Below, piece after piece: positions 50,116 to 64,000 of a stretch of 64,000 nt of DNA (positions are counted from its first letter, which is position 1; every line of letters begins with the position of its first letter). The stretch comes from the human T2T-CHM13v2.0 reference genome, Homo sapiens. The stretch lies in the NCBI RefSeq assembly GCF_009914755.1, contig NC_060926.1. One strand, given 5' to 3'. A model generated the notes under the pieces. That model was not told the DNA's origin. It saw only the letters and a list, made by a program, of their open reading frames with translations, and ran no database searches. The translations under genes were made by a program, and so were the position numbers.

Positions 50116-51366
50116 GGCTAGCTGTGGAAGGAATGCAGGGTCCTTCCCCCATACTCTACTTGTCAGAAGTGAATTGCTAGGTTCCGCCCGCAATAAAGGC
50201 AATGGACATGGAAGACATGTCAAATAATTTGAGGACATGTTTTTAAATCACCACAGAGGCCATAGTGGGAGTGCAGCCAGCAGGGTCAAATAGCGTCTTG
50301 GCCTGGATGGTGGGAAGTCTATTGGTTCAGATGATGTGGGGAGGTAAAGTTGCCAGGATGTGAAGATGCAAATGGGAATGACGTGGGGAAACGGCAAAGA
50401 CTGAATTCTGGCTTGGGGTCTGCCCAGGTGGATGGTCAGAGGATGCCATGACATCCTCTGAGATACAGAAGAGGACCACATTTGATGTGGAAAAATCATG
50501 AGTTCATGTTGAGCTTGTGGTGCCTTTGAGACATCAAAATGAAAGTGTCCAATAAACAGCTGAGTTTATGGAGATGGACACATGTGAGTCTTCTTTCTGT
50601 ACGTGGCAACTAAACCATCAAGCCTGTAGTTGATGTTGTGAAAATGTGGCCTGAGGGATCCTACTGAGTGAGAAGAGACATAAGTACCGTGCTTTGAGAG
50701 GCAGCAACATTTATAGGTTGGATGGAGGAGAGTGAGTCTGAAAAATGACTGAGATAGAGGAGGAAAATTCAAGACAATGTGATATGATGGAAGACCTATC
50801 AATAGAGACTATGTTTGGCTGCAAGTAACAGGGATCCAGAATAATAGTAGCTTTTAAAACCATAGATTTGTTTTTTCTCTCTTGCATAAAAGGCCAACAG
50901 AGCATTGTTTGGCATTGGTTTGGCAGCTCAACAATCCTCAGGGATCCAGCTCCTAGCTCCGGTAACCTGTCACCTCAAGGCCAGAGATGGCCCTTCATGC
51001 TCCAGCCATCACATTCACATTTCAGCCAGCAGAAAGAAAGAAGGGTGAAGAGTAAGGGACTGCGGATTCTTTTTAAATAATTCCTTTAACTCCCAAACTT
51101 TTCTATTTAGATCTTGCTAACCAGACTAACTCTCATGGTCTCATGTAGCCTCAAAGCATGACTGAGAAATGAATCTCTCTATTCTATGCAGCCACATATC
51201 TAGCAAATAAATGGTGTTTTACTGCTGAGGAAGAGGGAAAGAAAGAATACTGGAGGGCAACCAGTCACCTCTGCTGGGAAGCCATGGGAAGGCAGTATTT
51301 AAAGCACAGGGAAATGGCCCAGAGAGGCCAAGAGTGCTTAGAGGTAATGATAAAAAGTGTCTTTTG

Positions 51367-51532
51367 AGCCGGGCATGGTGGTGGGTGCCCCTGTAGTCCC
51401 AGCTACTTAGGAGGCTGAGGCAGGAGAATCGCTTGAACCCAGAGGCGGAGGTTGCAGTGAGCTGAGATCGCGCCACTGCACTCCAGCCTGGGTGACAGAG
51501 CGAGACTCCATCTCAACAACAACAACAACAAC
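51367..51532 (+). mobile_element. 5'-truncated Alu (right monomer) with (CAA)n tail
   Basis: TSD AAAAGTGTCTTTTG at 51353-51366 and 51533-51546. Confidence 0.88.
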
Positions 51533-52214
51533 AAAAGTGTCTTTTGGTCTTAGCACCATGGAAATCACTGGGGACTTAAGTAAGACTTGTTTCAGTGGAA
51601 GGATGGGGGCAAAGGTCAGATCAGGATGAATGAGGAATGAATGGGAGACAAGGAAATCAAAGCGAAGATTCATATGGGAATTAAGCTCCTGTAGGAGACT
51701 TTCCAAGGAAGGTTGGTGAGCGATGTGGGAGGGGCAGCTGGAGGGAAGTGGGGCCAAAGAAGAGTTTTGCTTGGTTTTGTTTAAGATAGAGAGATCTGAG
51801 CATGGGGGAAGGACGTGCAGAAGAGGCAGAGCCCTGCTCAAGAGGAATACGGGGTAATTCTCAGTGTAAGGCAACCAAGGTGCAGGGGCTCCTGCACAGG
51901 ACTTGAGGCCTGGAAAGGGGTCGTTCCTCATCAGCGGGGCTAGCACATGGCAGGTGCCGGTGTGGAGGGTCTGAGGGCATGGGAGTAGGAAATGGAGGGC
52001 ATTCACCCCAAGTGAGGGCTTCTGTTTTCTCTGTTAAACATGCGAGTTACCAACCAGAGCGAGGGTGAGGCAGAGAGAGGAGCAAGCCGCCTGTGGGGCT
52101 GGGCGTGCATTGAGGCAGTGACAAAGAATTCATGGCAAAACCAACCCACATCATAAGGGTGGCCATAGAGAAAGCAGGGTTCAAAAGCTTTTATTTCCCC
52201 TTTGATTATTCAGC

Positions 52215-54270
<2,056 letters not shown>

Positions 54271-55410
54271 TATACAAATGAAATAATTCCATATGTACTC
54301 ATTTTTAATCTCTTTTTCACTCTGAATAATTATCTTGATATATATCCATGTTGCATCAACAATTTGTCCCTTTTCATTGCTGGGTAGTATTCCCTAGTGT
54401 GGCTATAACAGAGTGTTTACACATTCACCTGTTAATGAAAAATTGAGTTGTTTCCAGTTTGGGGATTTTGTAAAAAGGCTGCTGTGAACATTTCTGTATA
54501 AGCCATTGCATAAGCATTTTTTTTAAATTTCTCAGGTAATTACTATAAAACAAAAAAACAAATCTGGATTATATAAGGAGCGAATTTATTCCAAAGGATT
54601 GTTGTGGGGGTGACCATTGCAATAGGGAAACGTTGCAGTGCGGCCACTCGCAGGCTTCCCATATGATCTGCAAGTGTCTCAGAGGTTAGGCAAAGGGCTG
54701 ATCTTGTATAGGGAGGCGTAAACGTGGCTAGAAAGAACTGTTATGGGAAAGTGGGCTGAGCAAGAGTGTCACGATCGAGGAGGTCTTACCCTGCGGACAG
54801 CCTGTTCTCAGGAGGGAACCTCAGGAGGGCTGCGGGTTGGCACAAGCTGTGGGTGGGCCAAAGCTCAAGGGCTTGGAAAAGGAGAGAATCTGAACCAAGG
54901 TTTGGTTACAGGCTTTTGTTCTTATTGATCTGTGGGACAAGCAGCCCAGCTAATCATTTATGAGGCCAAGAATGGGAATTTAGAGGGTCTGTGTCTGGCC
55001 TGGTCACAGATAAACAAGGGAGCATCTGGGAGTCTTATCCAGGTTATATAGAAAGTCACTGGTTCTTTCCAGTAGGGGGTTTTCTGGAACAAAAGAGTGG
55101 TGGGATTCCTTAACCTTCACTATTTCTAGAAGCAAAGGGCTAAGGTAAAATTCAATACTGTCAATAGTCAGGATTGAAATGGCTACATCATATGGTAGGT
55201 GTATGTTTAATTCTCTTCATACACTGACAAATGGTTTTCGATCGTGGTGGTACTATTTTATAATCCCATCAGCAGTGTACAAGAATCCCAGGTCCTCCAC
55301 ATTCTTGCCAGTACTTGGTATAATCAGTCTTCTTTGTCCATTCTAGTAGGTGTGAGATGGTGTCACATTGCGCTTGCAATTTGCATATCCTTAATGATTA
55401 ATGATGTTGA

Positions 55411-55732
<322 letters not shown>

Positions 55733-56999
55733 TTCATGTCCCAATTTTCTGTCTGTATATCTTATTTGATGAAATGTCAGTTCAAATATTTTGTCCATCT
55801 AAAAAATTGAATTGTTTGATTTTATCTACTGACTTTTAAGCATTCTTTCTATATTCTGGATACAAGTCTTTTTATCAAATATAGCCTTTACAGATATTTT
55901 CTTCCAGGCTGTAACTTAGCTTTTCAGAAAGTCTTTGGGAGCTATGGCTTAGTGAAACCCTTGTGCCAGGTTCTCCTCAGCGAATCCCCCTGATCACAGC
56001 CACCCCCATAGGTTCCATTTCAATATCTGTGGTGACCTTCTGCAAGCTAGGCTGAAGTCCCAAGCTCCAGACCCATGTCTCCAACTGCCCACCGTTCAAT
56101 GCCCTTTGGATGTCCCATGCAAATCGGAGCTCACCATCCTCTCCCCAGACCCGCTGCTCCTCCAGGAGCCCTGTCTCCATGAACGGCCCTGCACCTACCG
56201 AGCTAGAGACCCAGGAGTTGGCCTTGTACCTCCTTCCTTCTCACTTCCACCTCCTGTCATTCAGAGCTGTCAGTTCTTCCTCCTGAACATCTCTGGACAC
56301 TCACCTTCTCCACCACGCACCGCACCACCATTGTTCTCAACCGCACCACCCACCCAGACACCTTTCCTCAGACGGGTGGCCAGAGAAAAACTTCTCAAAT
56401 AGAAGTCGGGACATGGCACGCCACTGAGAACCTTCCAGCGGTCTCCTGTGCACGTAAACAAGGTCCAGACTCCTTCGTGGGACAAGTAAAGCTCTTGATG
56501 ATCTGGTCCTTGAGTAATGTGGGGGCCACTTGTACAGAGCCCCTCACACTGTTCAAAGTCGGCAGCTGAAGAGCTGAGCAGTAGCTGTCTGTGGAGTTCA
56601 GCTGCCACTCCCTACACGCCTGCCCTCTGCAGGGGATGGAGTCCCGTTTCCCCACTTCCCCACCTGCGCCCAGCAGTGCAGGTGAAGGCCTGGCTGCGGA
56701 GAGTGGCTGGGAAACGCTGCGCTTTGGGGTCAGGAATGCCAGCTCCACTACTCACCGCCTGTGTCACCCTGGGAAAACAGCTCTGGCCCCAGGTTCTCCA
56801 TAAGTAAAACGGGGGCAGTCATCCCTCCCCTCCTCAACGACATATGTCAGAATCAGAAGCCACAAATCATTCTCTGCCACCCAGCACGCTGCCTTGGTCT
56901 CCTAGACCACTTTCCCCAACAATGGGAAAGGCGCCAGGCCCAGAACAAGGCCGAGACCGGATGAGGCCAGCGAAGCGCCCAGGGACAAACCTTCGGGCA

Positions 57000-57560
57000 G
57001 CGCCCACTCTCGAGTTCAGGCAAGTGCAGGGTCCCTCCGAGAGAGAGCGTCTCCAGAGAACGCGGCTGGCGCCTGGCTGAACCCGTAGCCTGAAGACCCG
57101 CCGGAGCCGCCCGCCCCACGATGGGCCCGCCCCTCCGGGATTGGCGCCCTGCTAGTGGCCATTGCCTGTGACGTCACAGGATCGCGCCCGCTTTTCTCTC
57201 GGGTGATCCGGCCGAGTGGCCCTGGGTTAGCAGCTGCTGCATTTCCCCGGCTGGCTGCGGTCACTGGTGGCAGTGCTCAGGCGCCCGCCGCCCTTGACCT
57301 TCGGCCCCGCGAGCTCTAACCCTACAGCGCAGGAAGATCGGCCGCCGCGGCCAGGTAGGACGAGCCTGGCTGGGTCTAGGCCAGAAGGGTGTCCGTGGCG
57401 CCGGTCTCCCGCGGAGCGCAGAACTAGTACCGGATCCCCAGCCGCTTCTGACCACACAGACGGGGCGGACCTGTGTGAGCACTCACTAACTGTCGGGGCT
57501 GGAGCTGGGCATATGGGGAAACTGGGGGACCGGCACGGGTTCCAGGCGAGTGGACGGTGG
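57000..57560 (+). promoter_or_regulatory. FAHD2A: FAHD2A CpG-island promoter with GC boxes, inverted CCAAT and a palindromic CRE
   Basis: CCCGCCCC near 57110 and 57126, GATTGG at 57139, and CCTGTGACGTCACAGG at 57165-57180. Confidence 0.85.
57200..57354 (+). other. FAHD2A: FAHD2A non-coding exon 1 (start approximate)
   Basis: Donor CCAG|GTAGGA at 57355 lies downstream of the promoter elements. The next exon has only 6 nt of UTR before its ATG. Confidence 0.7.
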
Positions 57561-58159
57561 GATGGAATCCGACGTGCACACCCATGTCTCAGGCTTTGTT
57601 TGATGGAGGCTACTGTTTCCACCTCATGTCGCCGCCCCTTTGCTTATGGACTCTTGCAGAGTTGGATTGAGCTCGGGCTGTGTGATATAGTGGTTGTTGC
57701 AGAAGCCCCAGGGCCACTTTCTGACTAGTACCTTGGGCACCTGACATCATCCCTTTGAGTCTCAGTGTCCTCTTCTTTAAAGTGAGGGCGCTCTACCTGA
57801 GGAGATTGCTGTAAGGTTGGAATGAACCTGCATGTGTGTGTCATGTGGGAAGGGAACAGTCAGTGGGGCCTGGGGTTCTCTTGGAGAGCTGGTAACCAGC
57901 CTCGTCCCTGAGGCAACAGCCAGAGGGCGCCTGTAGTTTCCCCACGCATGTCTGTTAGCAGTTACGGCCTCTGGAGGATCTCCTGTGGGAGGTCCCTACT
58001 TCTCACTACAATCTTTAGAGACTTTGGAGGATTTCCTATGGAAGGTCCCCACTTCTCACCACAACATTCTGGGTTAAAATGGCCTTGGTAGGGGGATGGG
58101 GGCTGAAGCTGGATTTTTTTGCTTGCATTACAAGCTTCTGAACCAAGGACTTCATGTCA

Positions 58160-58340
58160 CCTGGACTTGGATTCACATCCCAGCTCCTTCCTCTCCTAGC
58201 TCTAGGACTGTGTAACCTTGGGCAAATCTCTTAACCTCTTTAAGCCTTAATTGTTTCATCTGTAAAATGAGGCTAACAGTACCTACCTTCCACAATTGTC
58301 GAGAATTAAATCAGACATTGTAGGTAGAGCACTTAATAGT
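58160..58340. mobile_element. MIR
   Basis: cccagctc..ctgtgtaaccttgggcaaat..tcatctgtaaaatgagg. Confidence 0.75.
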
Positions 58341-58766
58341 TGGCATTCAGCGGCAGCAGTTACTGTTATGTTAGCATGTGGAGTGTCTGAGTGTGTGCAC
58401 ATTGGCTCGAACAGCCTTTTGACAGTGGCACAGTTGGTGCTTGTGTAAGACAGCAGGGCAGAGAAGTCAAAGCCCTCGGTTTTCTAGTCAAACTGGTGGG
58501 CCACAACAGTGGTGACCTAAGTCTAATGAATCTTCAACTGAACAAGGCAGATTGAATCTCCAGGTGAGGACCAAGAGTCTGGGGATCAGCTGCCTCCACA
58601 TTTTTGGGCATAGAAGGCTGTACAATACCGCCTTTGTTGTAAGAGCAAGGAACCATTCAGGGAAGGCACCATGTGGTAAGGAATAGAGGCCAGACGTGGA
58701 TTAAGAACAAAACAAGAGAATAGTGTTTGTCTTTAAGTGGAGCCTTGGACTCAAAACAGGATCTGA

Positions 58767-59077
<311 letters not shown>

Positions 59078-60040
59078 CTTGTGGGAAGGCACAGCCATGT
59101 CTCCTGAAGTTAACAAGCACTAAGCTTTCCCAAGTAGTGAAATGTCAAGCCCCTGCTTCTGTCACTTATTTGTTCATTCAGCAGAAAGTCACTGAGAGCC
59201 TTCTGTGCACCAGGCACAGTGCTGGGCAGTGAAAGAGACAGACATGTGCCCTGGACCCAGGGAGATGACAAGTGATGGCTGTCAGGCCCAGACCCTGTTG
59301 TTTGTCTGCAGCCTCTTCCCTCAGGCAACTTGTTCTCTATCAGGAGAAACGAAATAATTATTATCTGGAGAGGCAGGTGGGGGCGCTGCTCCTAGAAGAC
59401 TGGGACAGCCTGGTAGAGGTTCTAGCTTGATCATGTGAGCAGTGGAAACCATTTTAAGTAGGAGGTTAACAGGACCAAAATAGCATTTAAAAAATTGTTT
59501 ATGGCCACTGTGAAGCCAGTTTCACCAGCGTCACTTGCCCATGCTGGGCTGCCACCCAGCTAATTCCTGGTCCTGCTCATTTAGCCCAGCTCAGCTCACA
59601 TCACTTCCTCCAGAAACTAGAGAAGGGTAGAGCCCCTGACCATCTTCACAGCATTAGTCCTGATAGCTGAATCTTACGTCAGTTGTTAACATCTGTGACC
59701 TGTGCAGGGAGAATGGCAGGGCTGAGTTTCACCTACATTGTTTCCCCAATACCTACAGCAGAGCCAAGCACAGTGGGAACTTTCAGAAAGCACTGGTTGA
59801 AGGAACGCTGGAATCCCTGGGACTTACTGCGTAGCATGTAGTAGTTGCTCCTCTAGAAAAGTTTCACCTTATGAAGTATAGCAGGTAAAATACAAGCCTG
59901 GACCACTTCCCGTGTGGTATGCAGGGAACGGTTGATGGGGCAAAGGGCCTCGGGCTATAGCCCTAGGAATTTCAGGGAACCTGATGATGGCTCTGGGATC
60001 CTCTGTCTCCTGGATCCTGCATTTTTCTCTGCAGGCTCTG

Positions 60041-60285
60041 ATGCTGGTGTCTGGTAGAAGAAGGTTACTCACAGTTCTGCTGCAGGCTCAGAAGTGGCCC
60101 TTTCAACCCTCCAGAGACATGAGACTAGTGCAGTTCCGGGCACCCCACCTGGTGGGGCCTCACTTGGGCCTGGAGACAGGGAATGGTGGAGGGGTTATCA
60201 ACCTCAATGCCTTTGACCCCACACTCCCGAAGACGATGACGCAGTTCCTAGAGCAGGGAGAGGCCACCCTCTCAGTGGCAAGAAG
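60041..60285 (+). CDS. FAHD2A: FAHD2A first coding exon (exon starts 60035): [32 protein letters not shown]...LSVAR
   Basis: Acceptor tttttctctgcag| and donor AG|GTAAGT. The sequence is recognised as the N-terminus of fumarylacetoacetate hydrolase domain-containing 2. Confidence 0.93.
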
Positions 60286-61422
60286 GTAAGTAAGTGGGCA
60301 GCATCGCCCTGAAGCAGCTGCCCTGGTCCCCCTGCACCCTCCCCGCTCTGGGAAACAGCACCAGCAGGTAGCTCTTTTGCAAGGGAGCAGAGTAACCCCA
60401 CCTTTCCTTTTCTCCCGTTCTCTTAAAAGATCCTTAGAAATCTTACATAATAACATCTTCAGTTTTCAGAGGAGAAAACTGAGAGCTAGGGGAGGTGATT
60501 AACAATTTGAAGGCCATACATGTGGTGCTGGAACCAGGACTCTATACTTCATCACACTGCCTCCTCTGGGAATGAAGTCCTGGACTGACTGACGGGTCTG
60601 GGCCCGGGGGTCCTAAAAGGCATCTTATGCAGCTGGGGGAGTGATATAGACTCCCAGCTCCTACAAGGAGAGAGGACTGCAAGGAGGTTTTCTATAAGAC
60701 ACTTGGTTCCTGGGTTTGGACTAGATTAGGTGAGAGTGTCCCTGAAGCCTGGACCCCTATAGAATCTGGTCTAAGGAGCTGATGAACAATAAATTAAAAA
60801 TACTTTAAGATGTCATTTTCATCTATTAAAATGGAAAAAAATACAAATGTTTCACAGCTCACAGTATTAACAGTATGTTCCCATATTGCCATATTCTGCA
60901 AAGACTGGAAATCTCCATGCCCCTCATTAGGGACTTGGGTATATCTCTATAGAGCAGTAATATGCAGCCACAAGAAATAAAGAGGACACTCTCTATGTAT
61001 TGTTACATATTGTTAAGCAGAGATCTCCAAAATCAGTTGTTTTTTTAAAAGATGTAAATAGTATGCTATCATTTGCATACAAAAGGGTGGGAGAAGAATA
61101 TCCATAGAGTAGCTGCGAAGAGCCAGGGGAACGGGGTAACCGGAAGGGGAAAGGGAAACCTTTCCATGTATTCCAGTTTGTATCTTTTACATGGACATGA
61201 GTTACCTAAGGGGGAGAGGAAATCAACACTGGATAAATAAAAGCCCTGCTCTGATAGCAAAGGACAATAGTCAGTGATTTTCACACTGACTCTGATGGTT
61301 GATAGAGCTAGGAAATAGATTTCAAAAAGCAAAACCTGTAGCTGCTGCAGGATCTGCCCAGCCTGCCCGGGATTGCCCACCTGTTCCCAGCCAGACCCTC
61401 TCACCTGCTCTGGTCTCTACAG

Positions 61423-61639
61423 AGCCCTGGCTGCCCAGTTGCCAGTCCTACCACGGTCGGAGGTAACCTTCCTGGCTCCAGTCACACGACCAGATAAGGT
61501 GGTGTGTGTGGGCATGAATTATGTGGACCACTGCAAAGAACAGAACGTGCCCGTGCCCAAGGAGCCCATCATCTTCAGCAAGTTTGCCAGCTCCATCGTG
61601 GGGCCCTATGATGAGGTGGTCCTCCCACCACAGAGCCAG
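61423..61639 (+). CDS. FAHD2A: FAHD2A second coding exon [72 protein letters not shown]; gene continues beyond the window
   Basis: ctacag| and |GTCAGT, 217 nt, phase-compatible. FAH-family motif [12 protein letters not shown]...P.IFSK. Position next to KCNIP3 favours paralog A over B. Confidence 0.93.
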
Positions 61640-62883
61640 GTCAGTGTCTCCCCACTGCCCTCCCTAGTCACTGGGCCCATCACAAGGGCATTCTGAGCTC
61701 AGTATTGAGCCTACTGGAGCCACCTCTCGCTCAATAGCGCATTCAGCAGAAACTCTACAGGATTGTACACACAGTAGTAACACTGGCCTTGGAAAAAAAA
61801 AGTTAATGTACGTGTTTTCCTGGTTACAAAAGCAATGCACCTTCACTGTAGATAATAAAATAGAGATAAACATTAAAAAATTATGTCACCCATAATCCCA
61901 CTGCCCATGGCTCGGAATATTAATGTTTTTCTGTCTACCTTCCCAGTGTTTCTCCGCTCCTGTATATGTTTATACTGTACATATACTTACCTTTTACTTA
62001 AGACTCCATCAGGAGCATTTTTTCATGCCATTAAGTATTCGCCCTGACACCACGGAGTTTGTTATGTAGATTAGTTTATTCCTGAGTACCTTACTGCTGG
62101 ATACTGTTTCTAGTTTTTGGCTTCTATAAATAAATGTTGCAGTAAACATCCTTATGTGGAAAAGGCTTTGCATGTCCATTAATACATTATTATTTCCTTT
62201 GAATAAACCCTTTGGAATTTAAATATGTCAGCGTATAGGCAGTATTTCAAAATTTTTGAAAAATTCTGCCAATTGGCCTTTTAAAAAATTGTAAAAGCAA
62301 CTTACACATCCACCAGTAGTGTATATACCCTTTCTAACACTGGTTACTTTTTCTCTCAGATTTTTATTTTAGAAATGTCTTGAAAATTATAGAAAAGCTG
62401 GGAAAATAATACAGTGAACACTCAGATAACTTTTCCACCTGGTTTCATTGTAAACATTTGGCCATATATCCTTTTTCTCCCTTGTCTTCTCCCTGCCCTC
62501 CACATGGCAAACACACATTTTTTTTTTTTTTTTTTTTTTTTGCAGGGTATGGGGTGGAGGGGACCTTTTAAAACACATTGGAAATATTAAGACAATTTAG
62601 TCATAAAAACGTAAATAGGCATCTTCTAAGAATAAGGACAATGGCTTGCATGACCATCCCACCATTATCACAACCAAAAAAATTAACTTGAATAATATTT
62701 AATATGAAATCCAATTGCCCCAATTCCCAATCGGAAGTACTGCTGACTTCCCCAAAGATAACTTCTAATTTGGTTACTTCGTTTGTTGCTCCATGATCAA
62801 CCAAGGCCACACACTGTATTCAGTTATATCTCTTTAGTGGTTTCAATCTAGGACAGGGTTCCATAGACTTTTTCTTAAAGGGC

Positions 62884-63249
62884 TGTATTAGTCTGTTTTC
62901 ATGCTGCTGATAAAGACATATCCGAGACTGAGCAATTTACAAAAAAAAGAGGTTTAATTGGACTTACAGTTCCACGTGGCTAGGGAAGCCTCACAATCAT
63001 GGCAGAAGGCAAGGAGGAGCAAGTCACATCTTAGGTGGATAGCAGCAGGCAGAAAAGAGCTTGTGCAGAGAAACTCCCATTTTTAAAACTATCAGATCTC
63101 ATGAGACCCATTCACTATCATGAGAACAGCACGGGAAAGACCTGCCCCCATGATTCAGTCATCTCCCACCGGGTCCGTCCCATAGCACGTTAGAATTATG
63201 GGAGCTACAAGTTGAGATTTGGGTGGGGACACAGAGCTAAACCATATCA
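62884..63249 (-). mobile_element. THE1 (B/C-like) solo LTR inserted in a MER58-like element (about 62852-63415)
   Basis: tgtattagtctgttttcatgctgctgataaagac...ggggacacagagctaaaccatatca with a perfect 5-bp TSD AGGGC. Confidence 0.9.
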
Positions 63250-63803
63250 AGGGCCAATTAGTAAATATTAGGCTTTGCGTGTCATATGTTCTGTTTTGCA
63301 ACAATTCAACTCTGCTGTTATAGTGTGAAAACCACGATACAGAAATGAATGATGGGTTTCCAATCAAAGTTGATTATAGCAGATGTTGAGCTGGCCATAG
63401 TTTGCCAACTCCTGCTCTCAAACAATACCCCCTGCCCTTTCCTTGAAGAATCCAGTTGTCTCATAGCATGTTTCACATTCTGGGTTTGTCTGGTTGTTTC
63501 TTCATGATTAGTGTCAGGGTAAGCATTTTTATCAAGAGATCTACAAAGCAGATGTTATACATTTTCCATCGTATCCCACTGGGAGGCTCATGTCAGTGGT
63601 CCCAGAATTTGACCACTTGGTTTAGCTGACATTCACTAGGTCCCTCCATTGTGAAGATGCATTTCTATTTTTGTAATAAGCAATCCATGGGTGGTAGTTT
63701 GAGATCACATAACTATCTTATTGCCCCATAGCATCTCATCCAGGGATCCTGTGGTCATCCTGACTGAATCTATTATTGCACTGGGGGTTAGAGAACAATG
63801 ACC

Positions 63804-64000
63804 TTTTTTTTTTTTGAGACAGAGTCTCACTCTATTGTGCAGATGGAGTGCAGTGGCATAATTTCAGCACACCTCTGCCTCCTGGGTTCAAGTGATTCTC
63901 CTGCCTCAGCCTCCTGAGTAGCTGGGATTATAGGCGTGTACCACCACACCTGGCTAATTTTTGTATGTTTAGTAGAGACGGGGTTTCATCATGTTGGCTA
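63804..64000 (-). mobile_element. Alu (cut by the window end)
   Basis: Poly-T plus reverse Alu. Confidence 0.85.

Noticed and set aside
57975-58065. Two diverged ~52-bp direct repeats in FAHD2A intron 1
   Set aside because: Only two degenerate copies with no spacer structure. An ordinary old tandem duplication, not CRISPR-like.

Overview
This is human (primate) genomic DNA carrying two + strand genes. The first is KCNIP3 (KChIP3/calsenilin/DREAM), running from its internal CpG-island first exon (the KChIP3x, KIS-domain type N-terminus, ATG 1500) through seven EF-hand core exons to a poly(A) signal at about 40540. The eight exons splice by hand into a clean 230-aa ORF. The second is the 5' part of FAHD2A: CpG promoter near 57.1 kb, a non-coding exon 1 and two coding exons. 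The long KCNIP3 intron holds an antisense FABP7 processed pseudogene nested in an old L1 and later hit by an L1 3' end and an Alu, plus a full two-LTR MaLR provirus and many SINEs, LINEs and DNA transposons. The genes themselves are well known. Best leads: (1) a CAG-ATAG-CAG tandem acceptor at 28774-28783 that would join a second, overlapping reading frame of the first exon in frame with the EF-hand core, acting as a possible frame switch; (2) a fold-back inverted repeat with arms of about 250 bp just past the KCNIP3 poly(A) site; (3) an intronic AATAAA that could release the KIS transmembrane segment as an 85-aa microprotein. All three are hypotheses from sequence alone. Repeat subfamily names and boundaries are by eye and approximate.
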